From: a virus
Lineage: Duplodnaviria; Caudoviricetes
Strand: one strand, 5' to 3'
IMG/VR virus record: IMGVR_UViG_2728369134_000004
Coordinates: 15,310-79,309 of that record
Length of the DNA stretch: 64,000 nucleotides
Within the stretch, counting starts at the first letter, position 1. Each line of letters starts with the position of its first letter. Positions 27,386 through 36,661 of the stretch are shown piece by piece. The translations under genes were made by a program, and so were the position numbers. The notes under the pieces are model-generated. The model was not told the DNA's origin, searched no databases, and worked only from the letters and a program-made list of their open reading frames with translations.

Positions 27386-28525
27386 TCATTTCAAAGCCAT
27401 TTTAGGTAGGGAAATATAGAAAAAATCACCTGTTTTTTCAAAATCTGCTATGGCCTCTTCAAAGAATGTTTTATCTCCTGTAGCAAGACCTTTGTAGTAT
27501 TTTTGGAAAGGAGAAAGACTGCCATATTTCTTTTCTAACCCCTCTAAAATAATAATCGCCTCTTTCTCTCTGCCTATTTTTGCGTATAAATGTGCTTTTT
27601 CAGCTAAACTCGACGGGTTTATTTTATCAAGATTCTTTTCATGAACTATATTAAGAAAATCAAGCGTGTTTTTTATAAACCCTTTACGATTAAGAAGTTT
27701 TTTATTTGTAATGATTGGAAGAGTGGCGAAAGATTGTTCTAAAAAATAATGTGCCTTTTCATAATCCATCATATGCGTTTCGGCCAATGTACAATAAGCT
27801 AATGATTTCATACAATCATAAGGATTAGTTTCATCGTTTATAATTTCGAAACATAATTTCCTCGCAGTCTCTAAATCATTTCCTCTTTGTGCACTCATTG
27901 ACTCCATTTCTTTTATTCGTAATGAATATGATTTTCTAATGGTATCTTTACTAACATCATCAATCATTGGTTTCAATTGATTTGTATATTGTGAAACCAT
28001 TCGATAGTCGCCAAAATTTAGTTGAGCATATATAAACGCAAACCCTGATAATATTTTAGCTTCGTTGTTAGATGTTTTAAAAGAATTCCTCATCTTGTCC
28101 GTCTCCACAAAAAAGTCATTATTAGATATCCTTCCAGACAGTCGCAGAGCAAGTAAATCATAAATAGATGCTATTTTCTTATTTATTCTTGCGTTTTTCG
28201 TAGTTTTATCTGAGTTTATTATTTTAGCGGTCAATTGTTTTTGTAATCCGTATTCGCCATACATATTCAAAACTTCCATGGCTACCCGTTCATTAACTGG
28301 CGTTAATTGTTCGAACATTTTTTTGACGCATTCTCTTCTATAGTTGATGTTATTCGGTTTATGCAACCTCAATGATTCTACAAAGTGCATAAAGTCAAAT
28401 TCACTAGTCGCTTTAAAATAACTGTTCACAGTTGTGTGACTAACATCGAATCGTTTAGCTAATTTACGATTCGTGTACCCGTTACTCTTTAAATCCTCAT
28501 GCATGTTACTTAATAAACTCTGCAT
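27386..28525 (-). CDS. aimR: Arbitrium receptor AimR (RRNPP family, HTH plus TPR)
   Basis: N-terminal HTH, helical TPR-like body, FEKTGDFFY C-terminus; followed by aimP. Confidence 0.88.
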   Translation of the reverse strand: MQSLLSNMHEDLKSNGYTNRKLAKRFDVSHTTVNSYFKATSEFDFMHFVESLRLHKPNNINYRRECVKKMFEQLTPVNERVAMEVLNMYGEYGLQKQLTAKIINSDKTTKNARINKKIASIYDLLALRLSGRISNNDFFVETDKMRNSFKTSNNEAKILSGFAFIYAQLNFGDYRMVSQYTNQLKPMIDDVSKDTIRKSYSLRIKEMESMSAQRGNDLETARKLCFEIINDETNPYDCMKSLAYCTLAETHMMDYEKAHYFLEQSFATLPIITNKKLLNRKGFIKNTLDFLNIVHEKNLDKINPSSLAEKAHLYAKIGREKEAIIILEGLEKKYGSLSPFQKYYKGLATGDKTFFEEAIADFEKTGDFFYISLPKMALK

Positions 28526-28609
28526 TATTTGTCCTCCTCGTGGACAAAAAGACACGTAAACCCCATTTTCTTACATAAAAGGAAAACGTGTCACTCTCAC
28601 TCTAAGTTG

Positions 28610-28713
28610 TGTTATAATATGTATGTACAAGATCCGCGACAATGTTCCCTAGTGTGGTTAGGGGGCAGTGTAAGAGTGTTACCAGCACTACTTACACCGT
28701 GGGTCTTTTTTCA
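28610..28713 (+). ncRNA. Putative structured RNA antisense to the aimR leader
   Basis: TGnTATAAT; GATCCGCG/CGTGGGTC closing stem followed by T6. Confidence 0.45.
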
Positions 28714-28901
28714 CGTCCGTTTATTTTATTTGTTTTCATAATATCACATTTTTGGCAAATTTCAGTCATGCAGTTATCAGACAATTATTGAGAAAATTAA
28801 GAAATCCCTTATTATCAAGGTTTCTCAAGCGATACAAAAATAAAATATGCAATTATGCATGGAACGCTTGAAGACCTCACATGCATATATTACCATAAAA
28901 T

Positions 28902-28915
28902 CGAACTTTTGTTCT
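28902..28915. promoter_or_regulatory. LexA (Cheo) box
   Basis: CGAACTTTTGTTCT fits GAAC-N4-GTTC; next to a minus-strand TGnTAATAT. Confidence 0.6.
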
Positions 28916-29054
28916 AAGTATTTTTATCATGATTCAAAATTAATCTTTTTAAAATTAAAATGTTTTATAATTAATCGTTTTATCCAAATATATACCATTT
29001 ACTTTGCTCGTTCGCTTATAATTGTCACAGATAAAAAAGGGCGGTGAATAGTCA

Positions 29055-29372
29055 TTGCTTAGCGAACGACTTATATACTTTCGAAAGAAAAACAAACTTA
29101 CTCAAAATGATGTTGCTCACCATCTTAATGTTGTTCGTTCAACATATACCAATTGGGAAGCGGGAAGATCTGAACCTGACGTTTCTACTCTAATCAAGAT
29201 TGCTGATCTATATAACATTAGTCTGGACAATCTGGTCGGCAGAGAATACCGGATACCACCACAAGTCGAGGTCATATTAGATCAAATTTCTAAACTAGAC
29301 ACAGAACCACAAAAGAAAGCACTAAACCTCTTAGTGGAATATACATACTTGGTGAAAAAGTATTTTATGTAG
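29055..29372 (+). CDS. Second XRE HTH regulator
   Basis: TQNDVA...YTNWEAGRSEPD...ISLDNLVGR. Confidence 0.85.
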   Translation: MLSERLIYFRKKNKLTQNDVAHHLNVVRSTYTNWEAGRSEPDVSTLIKIADLYNISLDNLVGREYRIPPQVEVILDQISKLDTEPQKKALNLLVEYTYLVKKYFM

Positions 29373-29692
29373 GTCTCACACTCCTTATTTTAACGTATAA
29401 ACACCTTTAAACATCAAGGTAATATGAATCCTCTATTGAAGATTCTAAAACAAAATACGGAGCGTTGCAGCGCTCAATATTTCAAATTAAAGATATTGTA
29501 TTTGAATCCATAGTAAAAGAAATCATTTCCAAAATAAAGAGGTAAAATTTTACATAATTTTACCATATTAACCAATGAGGGCTTCGGCTCTCTTTTTTAT
29601 TTTCTTTCGACAAAATATGACAATATTCGAATTGATTGTTTGCTATGATAGGCTCGGAAATCTTACATTTTACATAACTGGAGGAAACAAAA

Positions 29693-30304
29693 ATGAAAAA
29701 ACCGTTCTACAAAAAATGGTGGTTCTGGGTTATCGTTGTTATCGTAGTACTCGGAGCTTATGGTAATAGCAGCAAGGATACAGAAGATACTAAAACAGCT
29801 TCTACTGAACCAAAACAAGAGGCTAAACAGGAAACGAAAAAGGATGAGCCTAAGAAAGACGAAGCTAAAAAAGAGGAACCAAAGAAAGAAGAACCTAAAA
29901 AGGAACTTTCTAAAGAGGGCGAGTCTTCTAAAGTTAAAATCGCTGTAGGTTCTGTTGAATCAACAGATTCAGTAGGTGGTCAATACTTAAGCGAAAAAGC
30001 GCAAGGTGTGTTTAAAATCGTTGAGGTTTCTATCACTAACAACCAAAAAGACGCTATCACTGTCGATGCTAACAGCTTCAAATTAGTTGATAATCAAGAT
30101 CGTGAATTCAAATACTCTACACAAGCTCAAACTGCTTTTGATGTAGGTAACGGCGGTAAATCTGATTTCTTCTTAAAACAACTTAACCCTGGACTAACTC
30201 AAACAGGAAAAATCATTTTTGATGTTCCTGCTGACGCACAAGGCTTAGTTTTAAAAGCTCGCGGCGGTATGATGGGTAAAGAAATTAAATTAAAAGTAGA
30301 ATAG
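29693..30304 (+). CDS. DUF4352 membrane-anchored protein (moron-like)
   Basis: KKPFYKKWWFW TM anchor, EPKK linker, LNPGLTQTGKIIFDVP; own promoter and terminator. Confidence 0.85.
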   Translation: MKKPFYKKWWFWVIVVIVVLGAYGNSSKDTEDTKTASTEPKQEAKQETKKDEPKKDEAKKEEPKKEEPKKELSKEGESSKVKIAVGSVESTDSVGGQYLSEKAQGVFKIVEVSITNNQKDAITVDANSFKLVDNQDREFKYSTQAQTAFDVGNGGKSDFFLKQLNPGLTQTGKIIFDVPADAQGLVLKARGGMMGKEIKLKVE

Positions 30305-30485
30305 TTGAAGGCACTCGAAAGAGTGCTTTTCTTTTTTCTCAATCTTCTAACATTCTATAATGTGATATAATGATATTGGATGAGAATCCAACACTCATAT
30401 TATTAAAATTAAAGTGGTTATCAAGTCGGAGGAAGGCACCTTTGGGTGTCTTTTCTTTATACAAAAAAACACGTCAAATTAACTT

Positions 30486-31014
30486 TTAAACGTGTTTTTC
30501 GGTGAAATGATATTTAATATAATCTATCCCTAGACTAACTAACGGAATAATTATTGCTAAACTTAACGCATAAACCATCGTTTTTATACCTGTATAGGGG
30601 TACCGCCAGCATTTCGGAAAAAAACCACGTTAAGAATTTTTCGGTTAATGTTCCCCTGATTTAAGGACAATACAAGGGGAGAAAGAAACATCTATGCTGA
30701 AAAGTGTAACGTATACTTTTGGAAAAGGTTTATGGCAATCATTTTGGTAATTACTTTTGGTAAAAGACTACCTCTTTGCTATCAAGAACCTTAACCAAGA
30801 TTGAATAAATTACAAAAATTATGGTTTTTGGTAACTAAAGTTTTCCTTAACGCTGTTAAAAGTACTCGTTTTTATGTTGAAATTTGCTTAACGTGGTTTT
30901 TTTCCGTTTTGCGGTCTGTACCCCTGTATAACCTAGAAATTTATCCGCTATAACTAACGCTAAAACAAATAATATTGTTGATTTTATAAATAGTTTAAGA
31001 AGATCAATTTTCAT
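30486..31014 (-). pseudogene. 64-aa two-TM membrane protein gene interrupted by the MITE
   Basis: Removing 30597-30924 plus one TGTATA copy restores MKIDLLKLFIKSTILFVLALVIADKFLGYT-GIKTMVYALSLAIIIPLVSLGIDYIKYHFTEKHV*. Confidence 0.85.
30597..30924. mobile_element. Non-autonomous Tn3-family (Tn4430-like) MITE, 328 bp
   Basis: 38-bp IRs GGGGTACCGCCAGCATTTCGGAAAAAAACCACGTTAAG and (reverse complement) GGGGTACAGACCGCAAAACGGAAAAAAACCACGTTAAG; TGTATA duplicated on both flanks; no transposase. Confidence 0.9.
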
Positions 31015-31167
31015 ATTAGTTCCTCCTTCATATCTCATTAGAAATGCAAAACTTTTCAAATGAGTGTATAATATACATTAGACAGAGGCACAATTGCAAG
31101 AGAACAGAGTGGTTGAGACACCCTGTTCTATGTAATACTCACTTATTAGTGAGTGAACGGAACATAA

Positions 31168-31362
31168 CTAAAAGTAAAAAGTAACTATCTTTAGCACTCT
31201 TAGCCACTCTACAGCTACGTTCATAGCTTGAGTGGCTTTTACATATGTAAAAATAGATAAATTCCGCGTTTTTTGTTCTATATATTCAACGAAAGGTTCA
31301 ATGAAGTACCTTTCCATGAAAAACAATAATACAGCCCCTATCAATTCTTTCACATGTATCAC
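31168..31362 (-). CDS. Small hydrophobic protein
   Basis: AGGAGGTG RBS (likely GTG start); long structured leader. Confidence 0.55.
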   Translation of the reverse strand: MIHVKELIGAVLLFFMERYFIEPFVEYIEQKTRNLSIFTYVKATQAMNVAVEWLRVLKIVTFYF

Positions 31363-31576
31363 CTCCTTCTAATAAGAACTAAAAATCAACAGCAATTGCT
31401 GATAAAAGATTGCTTGATTTTAGTTAACTTACCAGAGGTAGGTTGACAATCCCACTCATTTAACTAACATTACTGGAATAATATAGCATGTATTTGCAAA
31501 TTTGCACATATCAGAATTTTGAGTCAAAATTAATTTTAAAGCATCTCAACTTTATACATTAAACATTACGAATCAC

Positions 31577-31840
31577 TTAGATACCGCTTCTCGTTTTTTT
31601 TGATAAATGATTTTTCACAGATTCTTTAGCTGTCTTTAAATCGATTTTCTCATTTGGAATAACATCCATGACATTTGATTTAAACAAGAAATGTTGTTTC
31701 TCTTCAGTTTCTACATAAATCATGTACTTATCTCTACCAACTACCTTACCCTTCAAAGGCTTTCCATTACTTAATACAAATGTACATGGCATTTCATAAT
31801 GTTCTAAATACATTAAAATACTATCAAAAAACATATGCAT
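31577..31840 (-). CDS. hfq: Hfq-family (Sm-fold) RNA chaperone homolog
   Basis: CTFVLSNGKPLKGKVVGRDKYMIYVETEEKQHFLFKSNVMDVIP aligns by eye with Hfq Sm1/Sm2 (VTVFLLNGFQLRG...FDNFTVLL...KQQLIYKHAISTFAP). Confidence 0.8.
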   Translation of the reverse strand: MHMFFDSILMYLEHYEMPCTFVLSNGKPLKGKVVGRDKYMIYVETEEKQHFLFKSNVMDVIPNEKIDLKTAKESVKNHLSKKTRSGI

Positions 31841-32080
31841 ATACTTCATCCCCCTTTGAAACAAGTATAACAAGAAAAATTAGATAATAATATTAACCAT
31901 TTAAGCACTTAACAACTTAATAATTTCACGTACTATATCCGATTGATAAAACCAAATTCAGCAGTAAGGCCTATTCTACCATCCCCATACATAATAAAAA
32001 CCCCCTAAATAGGAGGTTTAGGAATAACAAAGTACTAGGGTGCATATAACTTTGCTTTAAAGGGACAGGGATGTCCGCTT

Positions 32081-33394
32081 TTATATTTCTTTTCTTAGAC
32101 GACGTAAATGCCTTTCCGAAATGCCCATTTCTGCTGCTACGGACTTCCATTTTGGCTTTGGATTTTCTGCGATCAATTCTTTTAATTTAGCTAGCTGATT
32201 ATCAGTTTGTCTTGCAGTTTTCTCTTTATGTTCTTCTAAGCTAACAGAACCACGGGTTTTTCGCTTTCTTAGCTTGTCCCTGTGTTTACTTTCCTCTGAA
32301 TCAATTAATGTATCCATCAATTCAAGTTCTTCTTTTGTTAATTTTATGTCTAATTTTCTAAAAATCGTCTCTGTTTTCATTGGTTTAATTAAATTTGACG
32401 CTAATCCTCGCATCGTAAACCCATTTTCCGCAAACGCATCGAAAAACTTTATAGCATCTCTATACGCATCTTTCGCTGTTCTTTCTACTTCTTTTTTCGT
32501 TTGCGGTTCTTTAAATTTATCATTTATCTGAAATGTCATTTCTAACGTCGCTATTTGGTTTTTAACGATCAAAGCTGTCGTGAAGGCGTAAATGTATGTC
32601 ATGTCGTGTCTATGCTCTATTTCGCCATTTCTGAGCGCCACAATCTTCTCTAAATCAGATTTCCTTTTTGTATTTAAACTATAAAGGTTCATTACCCCTT
32701 TTTGAGAAGGTAGTGTTGAAATTGACCCTTTTTTACGTGTAGCAGTTCGTTTCGGTTGTCTCTTCTTTTCTAAAGGTGGTACATAATCATATAACTCTTG
32801 TAGATCGTGTTCGCGTCTTGTCCAAATTTCAAGTTCTATTTGCTTTCCAGTTTTGCTATGCGTTGTATATGGCATGCGCAGGACCCTTGAAAGGTCGCTA
32901 CATGATCCGTCTGCACCTAATGGCATCAACATTTTTATAAAATGGTTTGTTATGTATTGAGATAAAAATGCCATTTGTGGAGCTGCGCCACCTTGTACAG
33001 TGTAAATCAGTTGCATTCCTCGACCATACATAACTAAATTAGGACAAGGGAGCATCCCTTCTGCAATGAAATCTTGTAAGTTTTGAATCACGTATTCTTT
33101 TGAAATATCCAACTTGTAAAAATCTAAATCTACGCCGATATTCCGTATTTGTTTTAAATCTGTCGCTTTCCTACTTCCAAATACAAAGCTATTCAATGAC
33201 AGATAAAAGTCCTTATTTGAAGGATTAGACATATTTGAAAGAGTTTTAATGTCATTTGTGCCTATCCATAATTGTTTCTTCTCGCTACCGCTTAAATCTA
33301 AAACGGCTATATACCCACTCTTTTTATGTTCTGACAAGTAGCATTCATGCCACTCATCAATAAACGATTCCTGGTGTTGCCTTATAGCTAACAC
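32081..33394 (-). CDS. Plasmid replication initiator (AEP primase-like with C-terminal HTH)
   Basis: VDLDF, PNLVMYGRGMQLIY, DLSRVLRMP motifs; WKSVAAEMGISERHLRRL HTH; AGGAGG RBS before GTG at 33394. Confidence 0.82.
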   Translation of the reverse strand: MLAIRQHQESFIDEWHECYLSEHKKSGYIAVLDLSGSEKKQLWIGTNDIKTLSNMSNPSNKDFYLSLNSFVFGSRKATDLKQIRNIGVDLDFYKLDISKEYVIQNLQDFIAEGMLPCPNLVMYGRGMQLIYTVQGGAAPQMAFLSQYITNHFIKMLMPLGADGSCSDLSRVLRMPYTTHSKTGKQIELEIWTRREHDLQELYDYVPPLEKKRQPKRTATRKKGSISTLPSQKGVMNLYSLNTKRKSDLEKIVALRNGEIEHRHDMTYIYAFTTALIVKNQIATLEMTFQINDKFKEPQTKKEVERTAKDAYRDAIKFFDAFAENGFTMRGLASNLIKPMKTETIFRKLDIKLTKEELELMDTLIDSEESKHRDKLRKRKTRGSVSLEEHKEKTARQTDNQLAKLKELIAENPKPKWKSVAAEMGISERHLRRLRKEI

Positions 33395-33446
33395 AAATAG
33401 ACCTCCTTTTGAGAATAAAAGGAAGTCACACAAGGATATAAAAGTA

Positions 33447-33575
33447 TTTACCTTATTGATTAAATTTGATATCATAGAGACATAAATTAATTAACAACAG
33501 GGTATACACCTTGTGTAACTTATCAGAGAGTCTTAAATCCAAAGTTTGGTCGCGGAGGATTTAGGGCTCTTTCTC
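33447..33575 (+). ncRNA. Putative copy-control antisense RNA of rep
   Basis: TTTACC-N17-TATCAT promoter; hairpin 33525-33570 with TTTGG loop and T-run, complementary to the rep leader. Confidence 0.6.
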
Positions 33576-33801
33576 ATTTATTCGATTAATTTCTACATCA
33601 ATTGTAATACAAGTTTCATATAGTTACAAGAAGCAGGAAGATAAGCGTGAAGCTTGTCTTCTTTTTTTATTGTTGATAAAACCTTTAGGGAGGATTGACG
33701 AATCTTAGGGAGGACAAGCCTATGTCTTCCCTACCTCGCAACATTCATTTTTATTAATATTGCGAAGCCTTTGCGATGCCCTATAACCTTGCAAACTAAT
33801 A

Positions 33802-33899
33802 ATCAATGATTAACCAATAATAAATTTAGCGTTTTTGGTATATTTCATTGAATTTAAACGTAAGTATCTGTTAGAATCAAAAATATCAATGATTAACCA
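33802..33899. repeat. parC/operator-like direct repeats
   Basis: ATCAATGATTAACCA at 33802-33816 and 33885-33899, upstream of parM. Confidence 0.65.
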
Positions 33900-33922
33900 T
33901 TGGTTTTGAAAGGGGAATATAT

Positions 33923-34954
33923 ATGCTATTAGGAAATCCGTATGCGATTGACTTAGGAAATGGTTTTACAAAGCGTGCTTCAAAGAAAAACAAATCACTA
34001 GAGGCTGATGTTATTACAGAATTATCGGTGTTAGCGCCTGTTGATGACTACTACAACGAAGCTAGTTTCACAAAAATTGAATTAACGAACACCGACTTCC
34101 CTTACTACATAGGAGAAGAAGCTAGAAAATCAAAACTTCCATTAATTCGCGCGCTTGGCGAGAACAAAGCAAAACGTTATGAGGATCCAACGTTTAAGAA
34201 ACAGCTATTCGGATTCATTGCAAAAGACTTTAAGAAGAACGTTACTATTCCGTTACTTGTTACCGGTCTTCCAGTATCTCACTTCGGTAATCAACGCGAA
34301 TCAATCCGTAAGGTCGCTATGGAAGAAACAGCAGTAAAAGTAAACGGTGAATTAATCACAGTTAAAGTAAAAGAGTGTTTAGTAATCCCACAACCAGTAG
34401 GAACACAATATTACCTGGTTAAAAAAGAAATTATTAATAAAGAAGATCGTATCCTTATCATTGATGGTGGATTCGGTACATTCGATGTTACTGATATGTC
34501 TGGTAATGCTGTTATCGACCGTTTAGGAACTGAATTAGGTTGCGAGAAAGCATTCATGGCTATTGAGCAAATCGTACGCGATAACATTGGCGAAACACCT
34601 GATTTAAGCGTTTCTAACATGCACTATATCCTTGAAAATGGCTATAAGTACAATGGCTCTCTATACGACTTATACACTCATAAAGATGTAGCTGAGAAAG
34701 TTGATGAAGAATTACAACGTCATTTCGATGCAGCATTACGTGAAGTTTCTCAAAAGTTTAACTTAGCTGTATACGATAAAATTGTATGGACTGGCGGAAT
34801 GGCTGCGCTTCACAAAAAGCGTATCGAGAAGAAAAAAGAGCAATTCCCAACATTTGCTGTTCTAGAAAATGGTCAAGAAGCTAACCTATTAGGATACTAC
34901 TATTTAGGATGTGATGTTTTTGACAAACTTACAAAAGAAAAAACTGCAAATTGA
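33923..34954 (+). CDS. parM: ParM/StbA actin-like segregation ATPase
   Basis: IDLGNGFTK, LVTGLP, IPQP, IIDGGFGTFD, WTGG actin motifs. Confidence 0.93.
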   Translation: MLLGNPYAIDLGNGFTKRASKKNKSLEADVITELSVLAPVDDYYNEASFTKIELTNTDFPYYIGEEARKSKLPLIRALGENKAKRYEDPTFKKQLFGFIAKDFKKNVTIPLLVTGLPVSHFGNQRESIRKVAMEETAVKVNGELITVKVKECLVIPQPVGTQYYLVKKEIINKEDRILIIDGGFGTFDVTDMSGNAVIDRLGTELGCEKAFMAIEQIVRDNIGETPDLSVSNMHYILENGYKYNGSLYDLYTHKDVAEKVDEELQRHFDAALREVSQKFNLAVYDKIVWTGGMAALHKKRIEKKKEQFPTFAVLENGQEANLLGYYYLGCDVFDKLTKEKTAN

Positions 34955-35240
34955 GCTTAACCCTAACAACGATAAGGTTCTTTACAACTTTGTAACTCGT
35001 TTAGAGGAACAAGGAAAAGGACAAAAAGGTTACGTAAATAAACAAATTAAAAAGCGATTAGAAATGTACCAGGTACTTGCAGAAGTTGCTGGTGAAGAAG
35101 ATCCGCTTCAATTAGTTAAAAAGCTACTAATCAATATAAATACTCATGGCATACAGAATGATGCGGGAGAAGATGAGAAACCTTCTGAAGAAGCTGTCGA
35201 TAATGCTATGGAGTTAATTAATGGTTTCAACGATTGGTAA
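34911..35240 (+). CDS. ParR-like adaptor
   Basis: Overlaps the end of parM; small with an acidic tail. Confidence 0.7.
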   Translation: MMFLTNLQKKKLQIELNPNNDKVLYNFVTRLEEQGKGQKGYVNKQIKKRLEMYQVLAEVAGEEDPLQLVKKLLININTHGIQNDAGEDEKPSEEAVDNAMELINGFNDW

Positions 35241-35350
35241 TAACTATCTAACAAAAATATAAGATACCTCCTCTCTTTTCTCAAAAACAGCAGGAATGAT
35301 AGCATGTTGGAACTATGACCCTGTGTTAACAGAGAGGGAGGAGGTTAATT

Positions 35351-35749
35351 TTGAAAGGGGAGAGCATCATGAGCAACGTTAACCCTATGTTTGAACCTCG
35401 AAAACAATCTACTACAATAACAAACCAACAACCTCGTAAAATTCGTTCTGATAAAAAGAAAGATGTAAAAATCCCCGTAAATGAAATACAAAGACAACTA
35501 ATAAGATCCTCAGCATTCCAAGAAGGAATAACCACTACACAATATATGTCCAAATTAATCACAGAACACCTTAGGATTGATTATATAAATGAGATACATG
35601 CATATGACTATAAAGATACCAAAAAGTACATTCATGCGAAATTGGAGCAGGAAACGCATTCTAAGCTTGTCCGATTGGCAATTGAATGGGGAGTTTCGCA
35701 AAGAGCTGCAGCAACACGTATTTTATGCTTTGCATTACGCACTATGTGA
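35351..35749 (+). CDS. Ribbon-helix-helix-like DNA-binding protein
   Basis: Two RHH-like segments; in the plasmid module. Confidence 0.55.
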   Translation: MKGESIMSNVNPMFEPRKQSTTITNQQPRKIRSDKKKDVKIPVNEIQRQLIRSSAFQEGITTTQYMSKLITEHLRIDYINEIHAYDYKDTKKYIHAKLEQETHSKLVRLAIEWGVSQRAAATRILCFALRTM

Positions 35750-36291
35750 GAGGTGACAGCATGTATAGTAAATACGATGTAATGACAAAAGAAATTCAAC
35801 TTATGAGTGCTAATAATTGGTGGGAACGAACTAAAATTGAATGGAAATTAAAAGAGAAGTACCGTTTTGAAGTGAAGATGCTCAAAATTTACTTATTCCG
35901 TATGAATATTATTATCGAAGATATGGAAGAGGAAGAATATGAGTGTAATGCTAGTGATCTAGCTGAAATACTAGTCGAAGACTTTCTTGAACATATAAGG
36001 TCCAAGAATAGTATGGAGCAGCTGTATCAAATTCTAGAGAGTAAGAAGCACTATACTGATTATGAATTAGAATTTAATGAAAACGATGAACGATATGGAA
36101 CGATTGATGTGAAAATTGATAGAAGGACATTGAGAAGGATTGAAGTGTTTTTCTCGGATATGGCTCACACCTTCCCTATGCACGGATATACGGCTGATAA
36201 ACTGATTAATATTCTGATGTGTGATTACATGAAGTACTATGCAGAAGAACCAGGAAAGAAGCTCTCTTTATTGAAAAGACGTTTTTCGTAA
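35686..36291 (+). CDS. Hypothetical plasmid-module protein (likely start MYSKYD at 35761)
   Basis: GAGGTG RBS before 35761. Confidence 0.65.
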   Translation: MGSFAKSCSNTYFMLCITHYVRGDSMYSKYDVMTKEIQLMSANNWWERTKIEWKLKEKYRFEVKMLKIYLFRMNIIIEDMEEEEYECNASDLAEILVEDFLEHIRSKNSMEQLYQILESKKHYTDYELEFNENDERYGTIDVKIDRRTLRRIEVFFSDMAHTFPMHGYTADKLINILMCDYMKYYAEEPGKKLSLLKRRFS

Positions 36292-36388
36292 AAAATTGTC
36301 GACCATGCACCATTTTTAGGCCCCTATTTTTAGGGGTTTATTTTTTGTGCATTTAGGAAAGTACTGTAGATAACAATTTTCATAGGGA

Positions 36389-36622
36389 GTGAGAATGATG
36401 TGGAGGTTTCGTTCTAAGAGAACGCCACTAGGAAGGTTTTTAGATAAACATAGAATTGAGCAGGAATGGTTAGTGAGGAAATCAGGTTTAGGACGAAACA
36501 CTGTAGGAGATTTAGCGAATAATCCGGACAGATCACCCACACGAAAAACAATGCAGAAGATATTGAAGGTATTGAGGGAATTTGATTCAAGGGTTAAAGC
36601 TGATGATTTTTGGGATATGTAA
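36389..36622 (+). CDS. Small XRE HTH protein
   Basis: QEWLVRKSGLGRNTVGDLAN...DFW. Confidence 0.75.
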   Translation: MRMMWRFRSKRTPLGRFLDKHRIEQEWLVRKSGLGRNTVGDLANNPDRSPTRKTMQKILKVLREFDSRVKADDFWDM

Positions 36623-36661
36623 AATAAGCCGCCCGACAGGACGGCTCTTTTCTCGCTCAAA

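Noticed and set aside
27185-27409. + strand 74-aa ORF
   Set aside because: Antisense to the real aimP
28895-28912. ataaaa-tcgaac-ttttgt matching the boundary motif
   Set aside because: Better explained by the overlapping LexA box and not at a gene junction; it also shows that the AT-rich motif can arise by chance
29800-29900. KKDEPKK/KKEEPKK repeats
   Set aside because: Ordinary low-complexity linker of a DUF4352 protein
30856-31059. 67-aa ORF as an intact gene
   Set aside because: Its C-terminus is read-through into the MITE inverted repeat
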